Part shown: piece by piece, positions 27,968-38,500 of the stretch
Layout: every line of letters begins with the position of its first letter
How positions within the stretch are numbered: position 1 is the stretch's first letter
Source of the DNA: an uncultured Roseivirgaceae bacterium
GTDB lineage: Bacteria; Bacteroidota; Bacteroidia; Cytophagales; Cyclobacteriaceae
Assembly: GCA_964551335.1 (NCBI GenBank)
Contig: CAZKCO010000025.1
Span: 12,134-76,133, forward strand
Reading direction: 5' to 3'
Length of the DNA stretch: 64,000 bases
Program-made: the position numbers and the translations under genes
Notes under the pieces: generated by a model
Databases searched by the model: none
What the model was told of the DNA's origin: nothing
What the model saw: the letters and a program-made list of their open reading frames with translations, nothing else

Positions 27968-29245
27968 ATGCATCATTCGTTCAAAGCAATCTCTCTTACG
28001 TATAAGAACAGCTCGGTTGAAATCCGGGAAAACGTCGCTTTATCTCCTCAGGAAACAGAAGACCTATTACACAAGATTAAAGAGTATACCTCAGCTCAAG
28101 ATGTTTTGGTATTGTCTACCTGTAACCGCACAGAGATTTATTATTCACACGAGGATGATCTAGGTGACACGTTAGTAGCCCTACTGGGAGTTGTGAAGGG
28201 GTTGTCCGATATTAAGGAATATAATCCCTATTTTACTCGGATTACTCAGAGTGTTTCGGCTATGCGCCATCTGTTCCAGGTAGCGGTAGGATTAGAGTCA
28301 CAAGTGGTGGGTGACTTACAAATTACCAACCAAGTAAAACGCGCTTATCAAGCCTCCGCAGACACCAACATGGCCGGGCCTTTTCTGCACCGTTTGCTCC
28401 ATACCATTTTCTTTACGAATAAGCGAGTAGTACAGGAAACTGCTTTCCGCGATGGAGCTGCCTCTATTTCTTACGCTGCTACCGAACTGGTTAATAATCT
28501 AGCCTCTTCACTTTCGGAACCAAAGGTGTTATTACTTGGATTAGGTGAAATCGGTACCGACGTTGCCAAAAACCTGGGGGATGCCAAAAACCGATTGCCA
28601 AATATCACATTAACGAACCGGACTTTATCCCGGGCTCGGAAAATCGCTGATGAACATGAATTTGATACTTTTCCCTTCGCCAATTTTACTCAGGCCATCG
28701 GTGAGTCGGATATCATTGTTTCTTCGGTGGCAATGCCTCACCCCTTGATAACCCGAGAGTTATTGAGTGATCTTCCTCTAAAGCAGCCTTGCTACTTTAT
28801 TGACCTTTCAGTTCCCCGAAGCATTGATCCTGAAGTTGAGGCAATTCCAGGTGTACAGCTTTTTAACATTGATGATATCCGAAATAAAGCCGACCAGGCT
28901 TTGGAAAAGCGATTGGCTGCCGTACACGATGTCAAATCCATTATTGAGGAAGCATTAACCGAAATTCAGCATTGGGCGCAGGAGATGGAAGTATCTCCTA
29001 CTATCCAACGGTTGAAAAATGCCCTGGAGCAGATCCGTCAGGAAGAAATGGCCCGTCATCTGAAAGACATGGATAGTCAACAGCTTGAGCACGTTGAAAA
29101 AGTTACCCGGGGGATGATGCAAAAAATAATGAAGCTTCCGGTGCTGCAACTCAAAGCCGCCTGCAAGAGAGGTGAAGCTGAAACCCTGATTGATGTACTA
29201 AACGACCTCTTTGATTTAGAAAAGCATCCGGCTAAGCGGGTTTAA
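27968..29245 (+). CDS. hemA: Glutamyl-tRNA reductase
   Basis: STCNRTE, GLESQVVGD.QI..QVK, DLSVPRSI. Confidence 0.95.
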   Translation: MHHSFKAISLTYKNSSVEIRENVALSPQETEDLLHKIKEYTSAQDVLVLSTCNRTEIYYSHEDDLGDTLVALLGVVKGLSDIKEYNPYFTRITQSVSAMRHLFQVAVGLESQVVGDLQITNQVKRAYQASADTNMAGPFLHRLLHTIFFTNKRVVQETAFRDGAASISYAATELVNNLASSLSEPKVLLLGLGEIGTDVAKNLGDAKNRLPNITLTNRTLSRARKIADEHEFDTFPFANFTQAIGESDIIVSSVAMPHPLITRELLSDLPLKQPCYFIDLSVPRSIDPEVEAIPGVQLFNIDDIRNKADQALEKRLAAVHDVKSIIEEALTEIQHWAQEMEVSPTIQRLKNALEQIRQEEMARHLKDMDSQQLEHVEKVTRGMMQKIMKLPVLQLKAACKRGEAETLIDVLNDLFDLEKHPAKRV

Positions 29246-29307
29246 TTAATTTGGTTAAGACCTTAACCATCTATAAAAAACTTCTGATTATTGTAGGAAG
29301 ATATCTC

Positions 29308-30168
29308 TTACCTTTCCGTCGGAGTCGTGCTATTTACTAAGTGATCTAAAATAGCTTCCTTAATCAATTCGGGCCGATTCCAGGGGATAAGGTGATTCAT
29401 TTTAGGCTCAAGAACAGTTGTTACAGGCGCGTTTACTAACTGTTCTTGGACAAAAAAGGCATTCTCTACCGGGACTAGCTTGTCTTTTTCACCGTGAATG
29501 ACGGTTGTAGGAACGGTTACTTTACTCCAAAGAGGCTTCATTTTCTTTAGCTCTTCAATATGGGCCAGCTTTTCGCCGTTGGTTACTCGCCAGGATCGGG
29601 GTACCATCCACCGAAAGAGCTTCCAGTTTGCAGGATAAGAAATCCACCAAATTTTTTCATTCTCCGGATCAACCGCTGGTGCAGCCAGGATCAACCCTCC
29701 TACTAGATCGGGATAATCCATCGCCAATCGGGCAACAATAGGTCCTCCGAACGAGTGCCCTACTAAAATTGGCTTTGGCTTGGCACCATTTTTCTCTAGT
29801 AAATACTTGAGTGCTGCTGCTTGCCGCTCAATAGAAACCATTGCCTGTCCGAAACCAGAATACCCATGACCGGGTCGATCGACCGAGATCATATGGGTGT
29901 TATCGGCCAAAGTGCTGTCTTTTAGAAATTCCATAAAGGCATCGGCTGAGCCAGGAGCACCATGGACGAACAAAACCAGTGGTTTACCAACTGATCCGGT
30001 TTCCAAATATCGGATCGAGTACCCTTCAAACTGATACTCACCGATGTGCAAACTTGTAGAATCGGCCTCAAACTGATCGTAAAGCTTTTCACTACTGGTC
30101 CGAAACTGTCCGCAGGATACCAACCCTCCTCCGATAATCGTTCCGATAAACCAATAAATTCTTTTCAT
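29308..30168 (-). CDS. Alpha/beta hydrolase lipoprotein
   Basis: HGAPG oxyanion motif, GHSFG nucleophile elbow, HG..D, NH; lipobox LVSC. Confidence 0.88.
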   Translation of the reverse strand: MKRIYWFIGTIIGGGLVSCGQFRTSSEKLYDQFEADSTSLHIGEYQFEGYSIRYLETGSVGKPLVLFVHGAPGSADAFMEFLKDSTLADNTHMISVDRPGHGYSGFGQAMVSIERQAAALKYLLEKNGAKPKPILVGHSFGGPIVARLAMDYPDLVGGLILAAPAVDPENEKIWWISYPANWKLFRWMVPRSWRVTNGEKLAHIEELKKMKPLWSKVTVPTTVIHGEKDKLVPVENAFFVQEQLVNAPVTTVLEPKMNHLIPWNRPELIKEAILDHLVNSTTPTER

Positions 30169-30992
30169 AGCGCTTCCGATGGGTCCGGATATTTAAATTG
30201 ATAGCCTAGCTGTTGTTTTAGCTTACTGCTGTTCACCTCTTTGAAAGAAGGTGAAGCTGACTCTGAGAACTGAGGTGGTTCAAGCCCTAATTTATTGGTT
30301 GCTTGAACGTAAAAATTTTTTTTCTGGGGATGATCATCCGCGCAGGCATTATACACTTCACCCCATTTTTCCTGACGAACGATTTGCTGTAGTATTGCGA
30401 TACAATCGTCTAAATGAATAAAATTGACGGGAGACTGTCCACTACTGTTCAATTGCCGCCCGGCCAAAAATCGCCCAGGATGGCGATCAGGTCCCATTAA
30501 TCCGCAAAACCGAACTATTGTGGCTAGTGACGAATAAGAGCGTACTAAGTCTTCAGCCATCAGTAATGCTTTTCCGGTGGCTTTTACTGACTTGTCAGAA
30601 GTGTTCTGACCCGGACTGTCAGATTCATTTACTACCCGGTTACAGTCAGGGTACACGGAAGTAGAACTGACAAAGAGTATCTTCTTCCGAGGCTTTTGCG
30701 ACAGTACCTCCCGAACCAATGTGGTATAAAATGATTGAACATCTTCTCTTTGTCGGCCTGGCGGGATGTTTATTACCATAATTTCGCTCCGAAAGAATAA
30801 AGGCCCAGGAGGTTCCACCAGAGTGGGGTTGAGATTAACCAAAAAAGGCTCGATTCCTTCCTGCTTAAGTACTGGTAATTTCTCGGGATTGGTAGTAGAA
30901 CCCCGAACCTGATATCCTTCGTTAACCAGCACTTTGGCCAGAGGAAACCCTAACCACCCACAGCCCAATATACTTACTGTTGGTTTTTTCAT
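30165..30992 (-). CDS. NAD(P)-dependent SDR/epimerase-like protein (YeeZ-like)
   Basis: ILGCGWLG Rossmann motif, SSTSVY, NFIHLDD. Confidence 0.88.
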   Translation of the reverse strand: MKKPTVSILGCGWLGFPLAKVLVNEGYQVRGSTTNPEKLPVLKQEGIEPFLVNLNPTLVEPPGPLFFRSEIMVINIPPGRQREDVQSFYTTLVREVLSQKPRKKILFVSSTSVYPDCNRVVNESDSPGQNTSDKSVKATGKALLMAEDLVRSYSSLATIVRFCGLMGPDRHPGRFLAGRQLNSSGQSPVNFIHLDDCIAILQQIVRQEKWGEVYNACADDHPQKKNFYVQATNKLGLEPPQFSESASPSFKEVNSSKLKQQLGYQFKYPDPSEAL

Positions 30993-31121
30993 AGCTCCGT
31001 AATATAAAGGTACAAAAGGACAGCAGGTAAAATGTTTTCACTACGACCTAAGCAAATTATTTTCTACTTTCGTCGGTTACGAAGTAGACATGCTCATTAT
31101 CAGTTATTCACCGTATTACCT

Positions 31122-31952
31122 ATGAACTACGAAGGAAATCTTCATAAAATGCAAACTACCTTGGCCGATCCGGTTCAATACACTCTTAAGCTGAATGGAG
31201 AGCTAGTGCATATGAATGATTTTATCGATAAAACCATTACCATAAAATTTGATGGACAGATCAATTGCATTAACTGCGGGCGTTTAACAAAAAAATCTTT
31301 TGGGCAGGGCTTCTGTTATCCCTGTTTTATCAAATCGCCTCAAAATTCAGAATGCATCATTCACCCAGAACTTTGTCGGGCCCATCTGGGAGAAGGGCGC
31401 GATCCGGAGTGGGAGAAAGAACACCACCTGAAACCTCACATCGTATATCTAGCTCAAACTGACGTAATAAAAGTGGGAGTAACCCGCGACACCCAAGTAC
31501 CAACTCGATGGATTGACCAGGGTGCCTGGAGGGCGGCACCGATCGCGCAGGTACCCTATCGCTCTCTGGCGGGAGGTATTGAGGTAGCATTAAAAGCGTA
31601 CTTCACCGATAAAACCAACTGGCGAAATATGCTAAAAGACGAGACCAACGATGAATTAGACTTGGATGAATATCGACACAGCGTTGAAAATCAACTACCA
31701 GAGGAGTTTCAAAAGTACTACAAGACTGATACTCCAGTGACTGAAATTCATTACCCAGTTTTGGCTTACCCAAAGAAAGTAAAGAGTGTGTTGCTGACCA
31801 AGCAACCAGAAATTTACGGTCGACTTATTGGAATTCGCGGTCAGTACTTAATTTTTGGCGACGGACGGGTCTTTAATATCCGCAACCATAGCGGATACTA
31901 TATACAACTATCGACGGAGTCGCTGAATACCTCTTGGTCTAATAAAATATGA
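31122..31952 (+). CDS. DUF2797 domain protein
   Basis: C..CG..TKKSFGQGFCYPC, KVGVTR..QVPTRWIDQGA. Start moved to ATG 31122. Confidence 0.85.
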   Translation: MNYEGNLHKMQTTLADPVQYTLKLNGELVHMNDFIDKTITIKFDGQINCINCGRLTKKSFGQGFCYPCFIKSPQNSECIIHPELCRAHLGEGRDPEWEKEHHLKPHIVYLAQTDVIKVGVTRDTQVPTRWIDQGAWRAAPIAQVPYRSLAGGIEVALKAYFTDKTNWRNMLKDETNDELDLDEYRHSVENQLPEEFQKYYKTDTPVTEIHYPVLAYPKKVKSVLLTKQPEIYGRLIGIRGQYLIFGDGRVFNIRNHSGYYIQLSTESLNTSWSNKI

Positions 31953-32178
31953 TGTGGACTCGCTAATAAAACTCTAGCCTGCATACTGTACTTTTATCCT
32001 TACAGTAAATGCAAGATAAAAACCTACTTCAGTTAGTATCCAAATGCATGGTCCACGCACACCAAAAGGCAAAAACAAAGATTTTGTTATACTCAATATC
32101 GGTCAAATTCAATAGTAGTGTGATTTTGAGAACTTGATAATGTATTAAGTTATTGATTCATCAAATTTTGCTCTCAAT

Positions 32179-32213
32179 AAAAAAAGACTTTACACGATCG
32201 TGTGAAGTCTTTT
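32179..32213. terminator. Bidirectional rho-independent terminator
   Basis: AAAAGACTT-TACACG-AT-CGTGTG-AAGTCTTTT with A/T tails, between convergent genes. Confidence 0.8.
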
Positions 32214-32248
32214 AGAAGATTAGAAGTTTATATTCTACAACAGATCCT

Positions 32249-33625
32249 TTAGTTCGTTTGGGCCTCGGTCAGCTTTTGTTTTAGCTCTTCTATCTGAGTT
32301 TGGTATTCACGTTCTTTGCGGTGCATCTCTTCCTGAGTAGCTTGCAACTCTTCCATATTCTGCCGCATCTCTTCTTCTTGAGCTCGCATCTCCTCACTCT
32401 GCTCTTGGGCCTGCTCCAGCAAATGTTGAGTCTGTTGCATCACTCGCTGACTCTGAATATAAGCTGCCATTACTTCACCCAAACGTTCTAGAAATTCTAT
32501 CTCATGCTCCTCGAAGTTACTAAAGCTAGCTAGCTCCAAAAGCCCTTCTACCTCTTCGTTTACTATCAAAGGCACGATAATTAGTGAAGTAGGAGTAGCT
32601 TTTCCCAACCCTGAGGTAATGTTCACGTAATTAGGGGGAATTTCCGTGAAATGTAAGTATTTAGCTTCCAGGAAGGCTTGACCAACTAGACCTTCACCGG
32701 GTATAATCGTTTTCTCAATATACTTCTTTCGCTCATAGGCGTAGCAAGCCGCCAGTTGAATTGTAACTTCATCATCGCTGCTATCTACGACAAATAATCC
32801 ACCTTGATTGGCCTTCAGGTATTTGACTGTCGCTGAGATTAGCTGGTCAAACAGGTTTTCTTTACTGCCGGTATGTCGAACGATTTCAGAGATTTGAGCA
32901 ATACCTTCGGCCGCCCACTGCCGCTTACGCTCTTCGGCTTGGGCAGCTTCTAGCTCTTTAGTTTTTTGGGCATTCTCTTTTTGTTGTTTTAGCAATACTT
33001 GGTTACGTTGCTCTGCTTCTATCCGAGACTGCTCACTTTCTTTTTCAGATTGTCTCGTAATAAATATCATGCCCATTACACAACCAAATCCACCAAGAAT
33101 AGCTAGTGAAATTGTAACCGTGCTAAGCCATCCGCTTCGTAAAGGTGTGGAGTCATAAACAGAAGTATACCAAGTTTTTGTGATTGGAAAAGTAAGGATG
33201 ACAATTGAACATAAAATTATTGTAGACAATATAAAAGTCCGTTCGCGAGAATCAAAGATAACAAAGGGTATCAGCGCAAAGCTTAATTCAATTAGGTACA
33301 GACTTGGCAGAGGATCGTCGGCTGCCCCACTCAATGCAGCATTATAAGAAGCACCGAGAATGATTGGAACAATTGAAATGATTAGCCGAGAATATTTTAT
33401 GCCACCTAGATGATTAGCCCATATACATCCCAAACTCACAATGGCCCCACCTATGGGAAAAACTACCAAAGACGGAAAGTAGAACAGCGTTATAACTGTA
33501 AAAGGAATAGCAATGACAGTAGCTAAAGTGAATGCAACGATATTTGTCGGTTGCACCCTCTTTTTAATATAGTCAGGTAGATCGTCATGTAAACCGGCTT
33601 CTACAATACTTCTAAATACTGACAT
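32249..33625 (-). CDS. Membrane sensor: ~6-TM N-terminal domain, GAF domain and coiled-coil tail
   Basis: TM region; ANQGGLF, ACYAYERKK, GEGLVGQ, ITSGLG..P GAF; QSEEMRAQEEEMRQNMEELQATQEE tail typical of Cytophagales GAF proteins. Confidence 0.85.
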   Translation of the reverse strand: MSVFRSIVEAGLHDDLPDYIKKRVQPTNIVAFTLATVIAIPFTVITLFYFPSLVVFPIGGAIVSLGCIWANHLGGIKYSRLIISIVPIILGASYNAALSGAADDPLPSLYLIELSFALIPFVIFDSRERTFILSTIILCSIVILTFPITKTWYTSVYDSTPLRSGWLSTVTISLAILGGFGCVMGMIFITRQSEKESEQSRIEAEQRNQVLLKQQKENAQKTKELEAAQAEERKRQWAAEGIAQISEIVRHTGSKENLFDQLISATVKYLKANQGGLFVVDSSDDEVTIQLAACYAYERKKYIEKTIIPGEGLVGQAFLEAKYLHFTEIPPNYVNITSGLGKATPTSLIIVPLIVNEEVEGLLELASFSNFEEHEIEFLERLGEVMAAYIQSQRVMQQTQHLLEQAQEQSEEMRAQEEEMRQNMEELQATQEEMHRKEREYQTQIEELKQKLTEAQTN

Positions 33626-33929
33626 GTTTGAGTTTATTTAATAATATTAAGCCCAAAAATGCCATACTAAATGGAAAAAAACTTGCAACAATTGCAATAT
33701 ATCTCTCTAGTGTGCGATAAAGATTTTTTTTATAGAAAGTTGAAAATTAAACTCAAGAAAATGCGGAAAAAAACACTAGATACCAGTGAAGTTGAAGCAG
33801 AAATAGGAGAAAAACTATATCAAACGGCGCCACTGACCTTTATCGATAATAAACCAGTTAATCAGCAGCATGGTAATATTCATTCCAGTAATTCATAATT
33901 TGCCGATAAAATAGATTATTCAACCATTT

Positions 33930-34745
33930 CTAACTGCTAGGCTGCTCAAAAATAGAAATGTTTAATCCATCAAAAATCCATGCTGAAGGATAACATTCAG
34001 TCATTTTAGGCAGCACAATTGAACAGATACAATGATTTACCCAAAAGGAAATTGCTTTGTATTGAGTGAAGTTTTTAAAGTAACTCACCGTATAGTTATT
34101 CTTTATAATCAATTGGTTGACCTCATATACATGCAGTGGAGTTGTGAGTCCGGTACCCAGTACCTTAGAAAGAGCTTCTTTGGCTGTCCATATACGAGTA
34201 TAAAAGGACAAATCACTTTCACGGGATTCAGCTCGCAATATCTTTTCAATTGGGGTAGTCATCTGAGCAATAGAATCTAAGCTTTCATTTTTTGGGAATT
34301 CTAGATCTAAACCCATTGGATGCTCCCGCGGAAAAATAATACAGGCCCCAATGCCTCCGGTGTGAGCTAAGCTTATGTTTGGTATGGGGTGTTTGGTATA
34401 ACTGATGAGTGGTTGTCGGAAAATGCCTTTTTCAACTGCGATAGCCTTTATGTCTGTTTCTTCAAGGTAATGAGCTAAAGCGCATTTAGCCGTATACCTA
34501 CTTAACAAATATTGATGCCTCGCTCTTTCGTAGTATAGTTGGTCAAAGTGCTTCTCTTCACTAAGATGTAAATACTGATGCCTATTGCTATTTAAAACGG
34601 AAAAAGGAGGAGAGGCAAATCCTAATAAGGACCTGCCACTCCAGCCACTTCTTTGTAGTGGAATCTGCACTCCCGAAAAGTGTTGCTCTGGAACACTTAT
34701 TAAATGTGCAAAGTCCGAGGAAGCGTTTAACAAAGAATCTTTCAC
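33930..34745 (-). CDS. Sfp-type 4'-phosphopantetheinyl transferase
   Basis: YLLSRYTAK, ISLAH, MGLDLE, WTAKEALSK. Confidence 0.9.
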   Translation of the reverse strand: MKDSLLNASSDFAHLISVPEQHFSGVQIPLQRSGWSGRSLLGFASPPFSVLNSNRHQYLHLSEEKHFDQLYYERARHQYLLSRYTAKCALAHYLEETDIKAIAVEKGIFRQPLISYTKHPIPNISLAHTGGIGACIIFPREHPMGLDLEFPKNESLDSIAQMTTPIEKILRAESRESDLSFYTRIWTAKEALSKVLGTGLTTPLHVYEVNQLIIKNNYTVSYFKNFTQYKAISFWVNHCICSIVLPKMTECYPSAWIFDGLNISIFEQPSS

Positions 34746-34829
34746 ATTATAATAAGCTTGTTCCTATCAACACCTAAACAAATAAAGATGAAGTTCAGAA
34801 TACTTTATCTTTAAGATTTCTGATAAAAG

Positions 34830-35468
34830 CTAAACGCTACTGTATAACTTTTCCGACAGCTCGACACCATTGACTTTTTTGACCTCGCTGACCTGTTCGC
34901 TTTTACCTAAGCTAATCAATGCAGCTCCTGCAACAGCAATCACTACGGCGAAAAAGTAAGTAAGCGGACTCAGAATACTTTCTCGGTAAACATCTGCGTT
35001 TACTTCCGGAGCGTCTAAGAGTACGTTTAGCCCCTGCTGCCCTAAAATAATGGCATAACAGATGGCCAATGTAGCGATCAATTCACCTTTCTCTTTAAAA
35101 TCATACAGCAAGAATGGAATAATGCCCATCGCAAACTGAGAGAGATACAATGAAGTGATAACATGCTCTCCTGGTTGTATGGCGTAGGCGTGAAATAAAG
35201 TAGTAAACAATAACATCTGGAATGAACAGATAAACCTTGCAATGGCAGTTGCCCCGTAAAAGTTAAGAGCCAAAACTACGAGCGAGCCTACCAAACAGCC
35301 TAACGGATAGATTACTAATGAAGGAAAGTATAAATACAAAATACCGGAGTATATTACTCCAATTAAGAGGGTCAACAACGCTACCATATTGGTTAGTCGG
35401 ACCTTTCGCTTATGATTGGTGGACATAGCAGAGTCAACACCTAATGTCAATAAATTCATAATTAACAA
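34830..35468 (-). CDS. Stand-alone ~6-TM protein paralogous to the N-terminal membrane domain of the GAF sensor
   Basis: Shared blocks with 32249-33625: K.V..TN.VA, YFPSLV, SLYL, IPF...D..E. No cytoplasmic output domain. Confidence 0.8.
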   Translation of the reverse strand: MLIMNLLTLGVDSAMSTNHKRKVRLTNMVALLTLLIGVIYSGILYLYFPSLVIYPLGCLVGSLVVLALNFYGATAIARFICSFQMLLFTTLFHAYAIQPGEHVITSLYLSQFAMGIIPFLLYDFKEKGELIATLAICYAIILGQQGLNVLLDAPEVNADVYRESILSPLTYFFAVVIAVAGAALISLGKSEQVSEVKKVNGVELSEKLYSSV

Positions 35469-35500
35469 GATTTAGGGATGGATAAAGCAGATATTTAGAA

Positions 35501-35544
35501 CGTAAAGGGAGGGTAGTATTTTCACACCACCCTCTAGCTTTACG
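35501..35544. other. Intergenic stem-loop directly after the PKS stop codon
   Basis: CGTAAAG-G-GAGGGT...ACCCTC-TAG-CTTTACG inverted repeat; no strong U-tract. Confidence 0.55.
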
Positions 35545-35545
35545 A

Positions 35546-38500
35546 TTATTTAGTTTGAACTAACGATAAGGTGTCATCCTTCATAGCTTGGGTAAGCCGC
35601 TCTAGAACTAACTCTCGGTTACGACTCAGGAACCAATGGTCACCTTCTACCACTTCTAAGGTAAATTCCGAGCTGGTTTGAGCTTCCCACTGACGAACTT
35701 CGTCTACTAACACTACTTCATCCTGTGTAGCGGCAAAGGCGGTGATAGGACAATGCAATTTCTCCAGCTCCTCGTAGCGATAGCTCATAATCAGCGGCAT
35801 ATCCTTCCGCATCACCGGCAGAATACGCTTCAGGAATTCTACATCATCAATATAGTTCATCAAGGATAGTAATCGCTCCTCCGAGTTGGTTTCTACCGCT
35901 GTTTGGCTGATAACATCCCTCTCTTTCCACTTAAGGGTTAGCTGAGGTGCAATAGTACCAGTGATAAACAGGTGCTTGGCTTCAATACCATACTGTGCCC
36001 GAATATACCGGATCAGCTCAAAGCCAACCATACCTCCGAAGCTATGCCCCATGATGATAAACGGTTTATCTAAATAAGGACGAATTACCTGAGCCAAATC
36101 AGGAATCAGCTTGAGCATATCCTCATAGGGCTCTTCGCCACTACGGTTCTCCCGCCCCGGCAACTGGAAGGCTAACACATCAGTATTCTCAGGAGCATTG
36201 TAGATGAAGTGACTGAACATGGATGCTCCCGCACCTACCGGATGGAAACAGAATACTCGTTGCTTTACATCCTGCTGATTTCGCTTATTGCGCACTAGCC
36301 ATTTTCCTCCAACTACTTCAATATCTGCTTCGCTCGCAATTCCTGATGCATCAGCATTACCAGCTTCTGACGACTGCTTGTTCACTACAGTTTCGGTCAA
36401 TTCTTCTAGGAGTTGCTCAGCCAGCTCCATCAGGCTCGGCCCTTTGGCAATTTTCATGAGCGGGAAATTCACTTCCAGCTTCTGCTGAATCCAGTTCCGT
36501 AGCTGATTCAGCATCAGAGAGTCCAGCCCCATCGCCGATATAGAAACATCGGTTTCAATCTGATCAACGGTGGCCCCTAAAATTTTAGCCAGAGATTCGG
36601 CCAACAGGCTCCGCAGTAGTGGCACCTGTTGATCTTCAGCCGCATTTTTAACTTGGTCGGCTAGGGTAGAATTACTGTTACTTCCCCCGCCCTGCTGGGC
36701 TTCTTCCAGAAAATGAGCAAAACGTACATCCTGTTGTAAATGTGAGAAGAAACTTCTAAATCGTTGCCAATCCAAGTTCGCCGCCATTCTAACGGCTGGT
36801 TGCTGCAACAATACAGTTTCTATTTTCTGGGTAACCTGGGTTAAAGAAAGTGGCAACCAACCCTGATTCGCCAGTACATTCAGTACGTTCCCCCCCTCTT
36901 TAGACATTCCGGCGTACATTCCCAACACACCCAGGTTGATCGAAGAGCCTGCCAATCCTTGAGACTGGCGATACTGAGCCAAACGATCCAAGAAGTTGTT
37001 AGCCGAAGAGTAGTTCGACTGCCCAGGTAAACCAAATAGTGAGGATATTGAGGAAAGTGAGAGGAAAAAGTCCAGCGATGCATTCTGAGTTGCCTGATGT
37101 AAATTCCAAGCTCCCAACACTTTTGGACGAAATACTTTCATAAATCGCTCAGTATCTGTGTTCATAAGGGTAGCATCATTGAGTACGGCCGCACTGTGGA
37201 TGATACCCTTCAGCGGAGGTAAGTGCTTCTCAATGTACTCAACCACTCCATTTACTGCCCGGCTGTCGGTAATGTCCAGATTCATGGGGTACAGTTCTAC
37301 CCCCTGCTGTTTCAAATTCTCCGCAATTTGGAAGTCTCCCTGATGCTTATAGCCACTTCGACTTAATAGTACTAATCGTCTAGCGCCTTTCTCAGCCAAC
37401 CATTGGGCTAACATCAAACCGAACCCACTAGCGCCACCGGTAAGCAGGTAAGTAGCATCAGCACTAAGCTCTAGCTCCTGAGCCGGAAGTACTTCAATTT
37501 CATCATCGGTCTGCATAGTCACCACCAGCTTACCGATATGCCCTCCTTTGCTAAGTACCCGTAGGGCATCTGCCAATCGAGAAACCGGATAAACCTGATG
37601 AGGATGAACCGATAATTGCTGTTTGGTAAACAGGCTAACTACTTCCTGATACAGCCGCTTAGCCAGTTTAGGCTTCTGAAGCATCAACCGATCAACATCT
37701 ACGGCATGATACGATAAGTTTTCGCCGAAGCGCTTTAAAGCCAGCTTTGTGTCCTGGTATATATCTGCTTTACCAATCTCGATGAATCGACCAAAAGGTG
37801 CCAAACACTTAATGCTCTGGGTGATACCTTTTCCTGAAAGTGAATTCAGCACGATATCAACTCCTCGTCCTTGAGTTGCCGATCTAACCTCGTCGGCAAA
37901 TTTCAGGCTACGCGAGTCAAAAACATGTTCAACTCCTAATGAGCGCACAAATTTGCGTTTTTCTTCGGTACCGGCCGTGGCAATAATATTGGCTCCCGCT
38001 AATTTTGCTAAGCGGATTGCAGCGATTCCTACCCCTCCCGAAGCAGCATGGATCAAGACAGTATCATCTTCGCTTAACCGGGCCAGATAATTTAATGAGT
38101 AATAGGCAGTCAGGTACGCCACAGTAATGGTAGCCGCTTCTTCAAAGGAAAGATTTACGGGCTTTTTCACCACGCAGGAAGCCGGAGTCACTGTAAATCC
38201 CGCGTAGGAATTAGCCGCCCAAGCCATTACCTCATCGCCTTCAGCAAATTCGGTGACATTTTTACCTACTCGGCTGATCACTCCTGAACATTCCAATCCG
38301 AGATTTTTGCCGGCTATACCTCCCTGCACTGCTTCATCGTTAAGCAGCCCCATCACATTCATAATATCCTTGAAATTTAATCCGGCCGACCGAACTTCAA
38401 TTTCTACCGAATCGTCAGCCAATTCAGCACTAACCACTTGACGGAACTCAATACCATCCAGGGTGCCGTACTCCTTCACTGATGCTCGATAAGCTTTACC

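Noticed and set aside
29252-29269. Hairpin TGGTTAAG-AC-CTTAACCA as a terminator between hemA and the hydrolase
   Set aside because: AT-rich stem with no adjoining U-tract; plausible but too weak to call.
33671-33898. 75-aa ORF on + between the GAF gene and the PPTase
   Set aside because: Low-complexity, Lys-rich translation of AT-rich promoter DNA, antisense to the cluster, with no motif.
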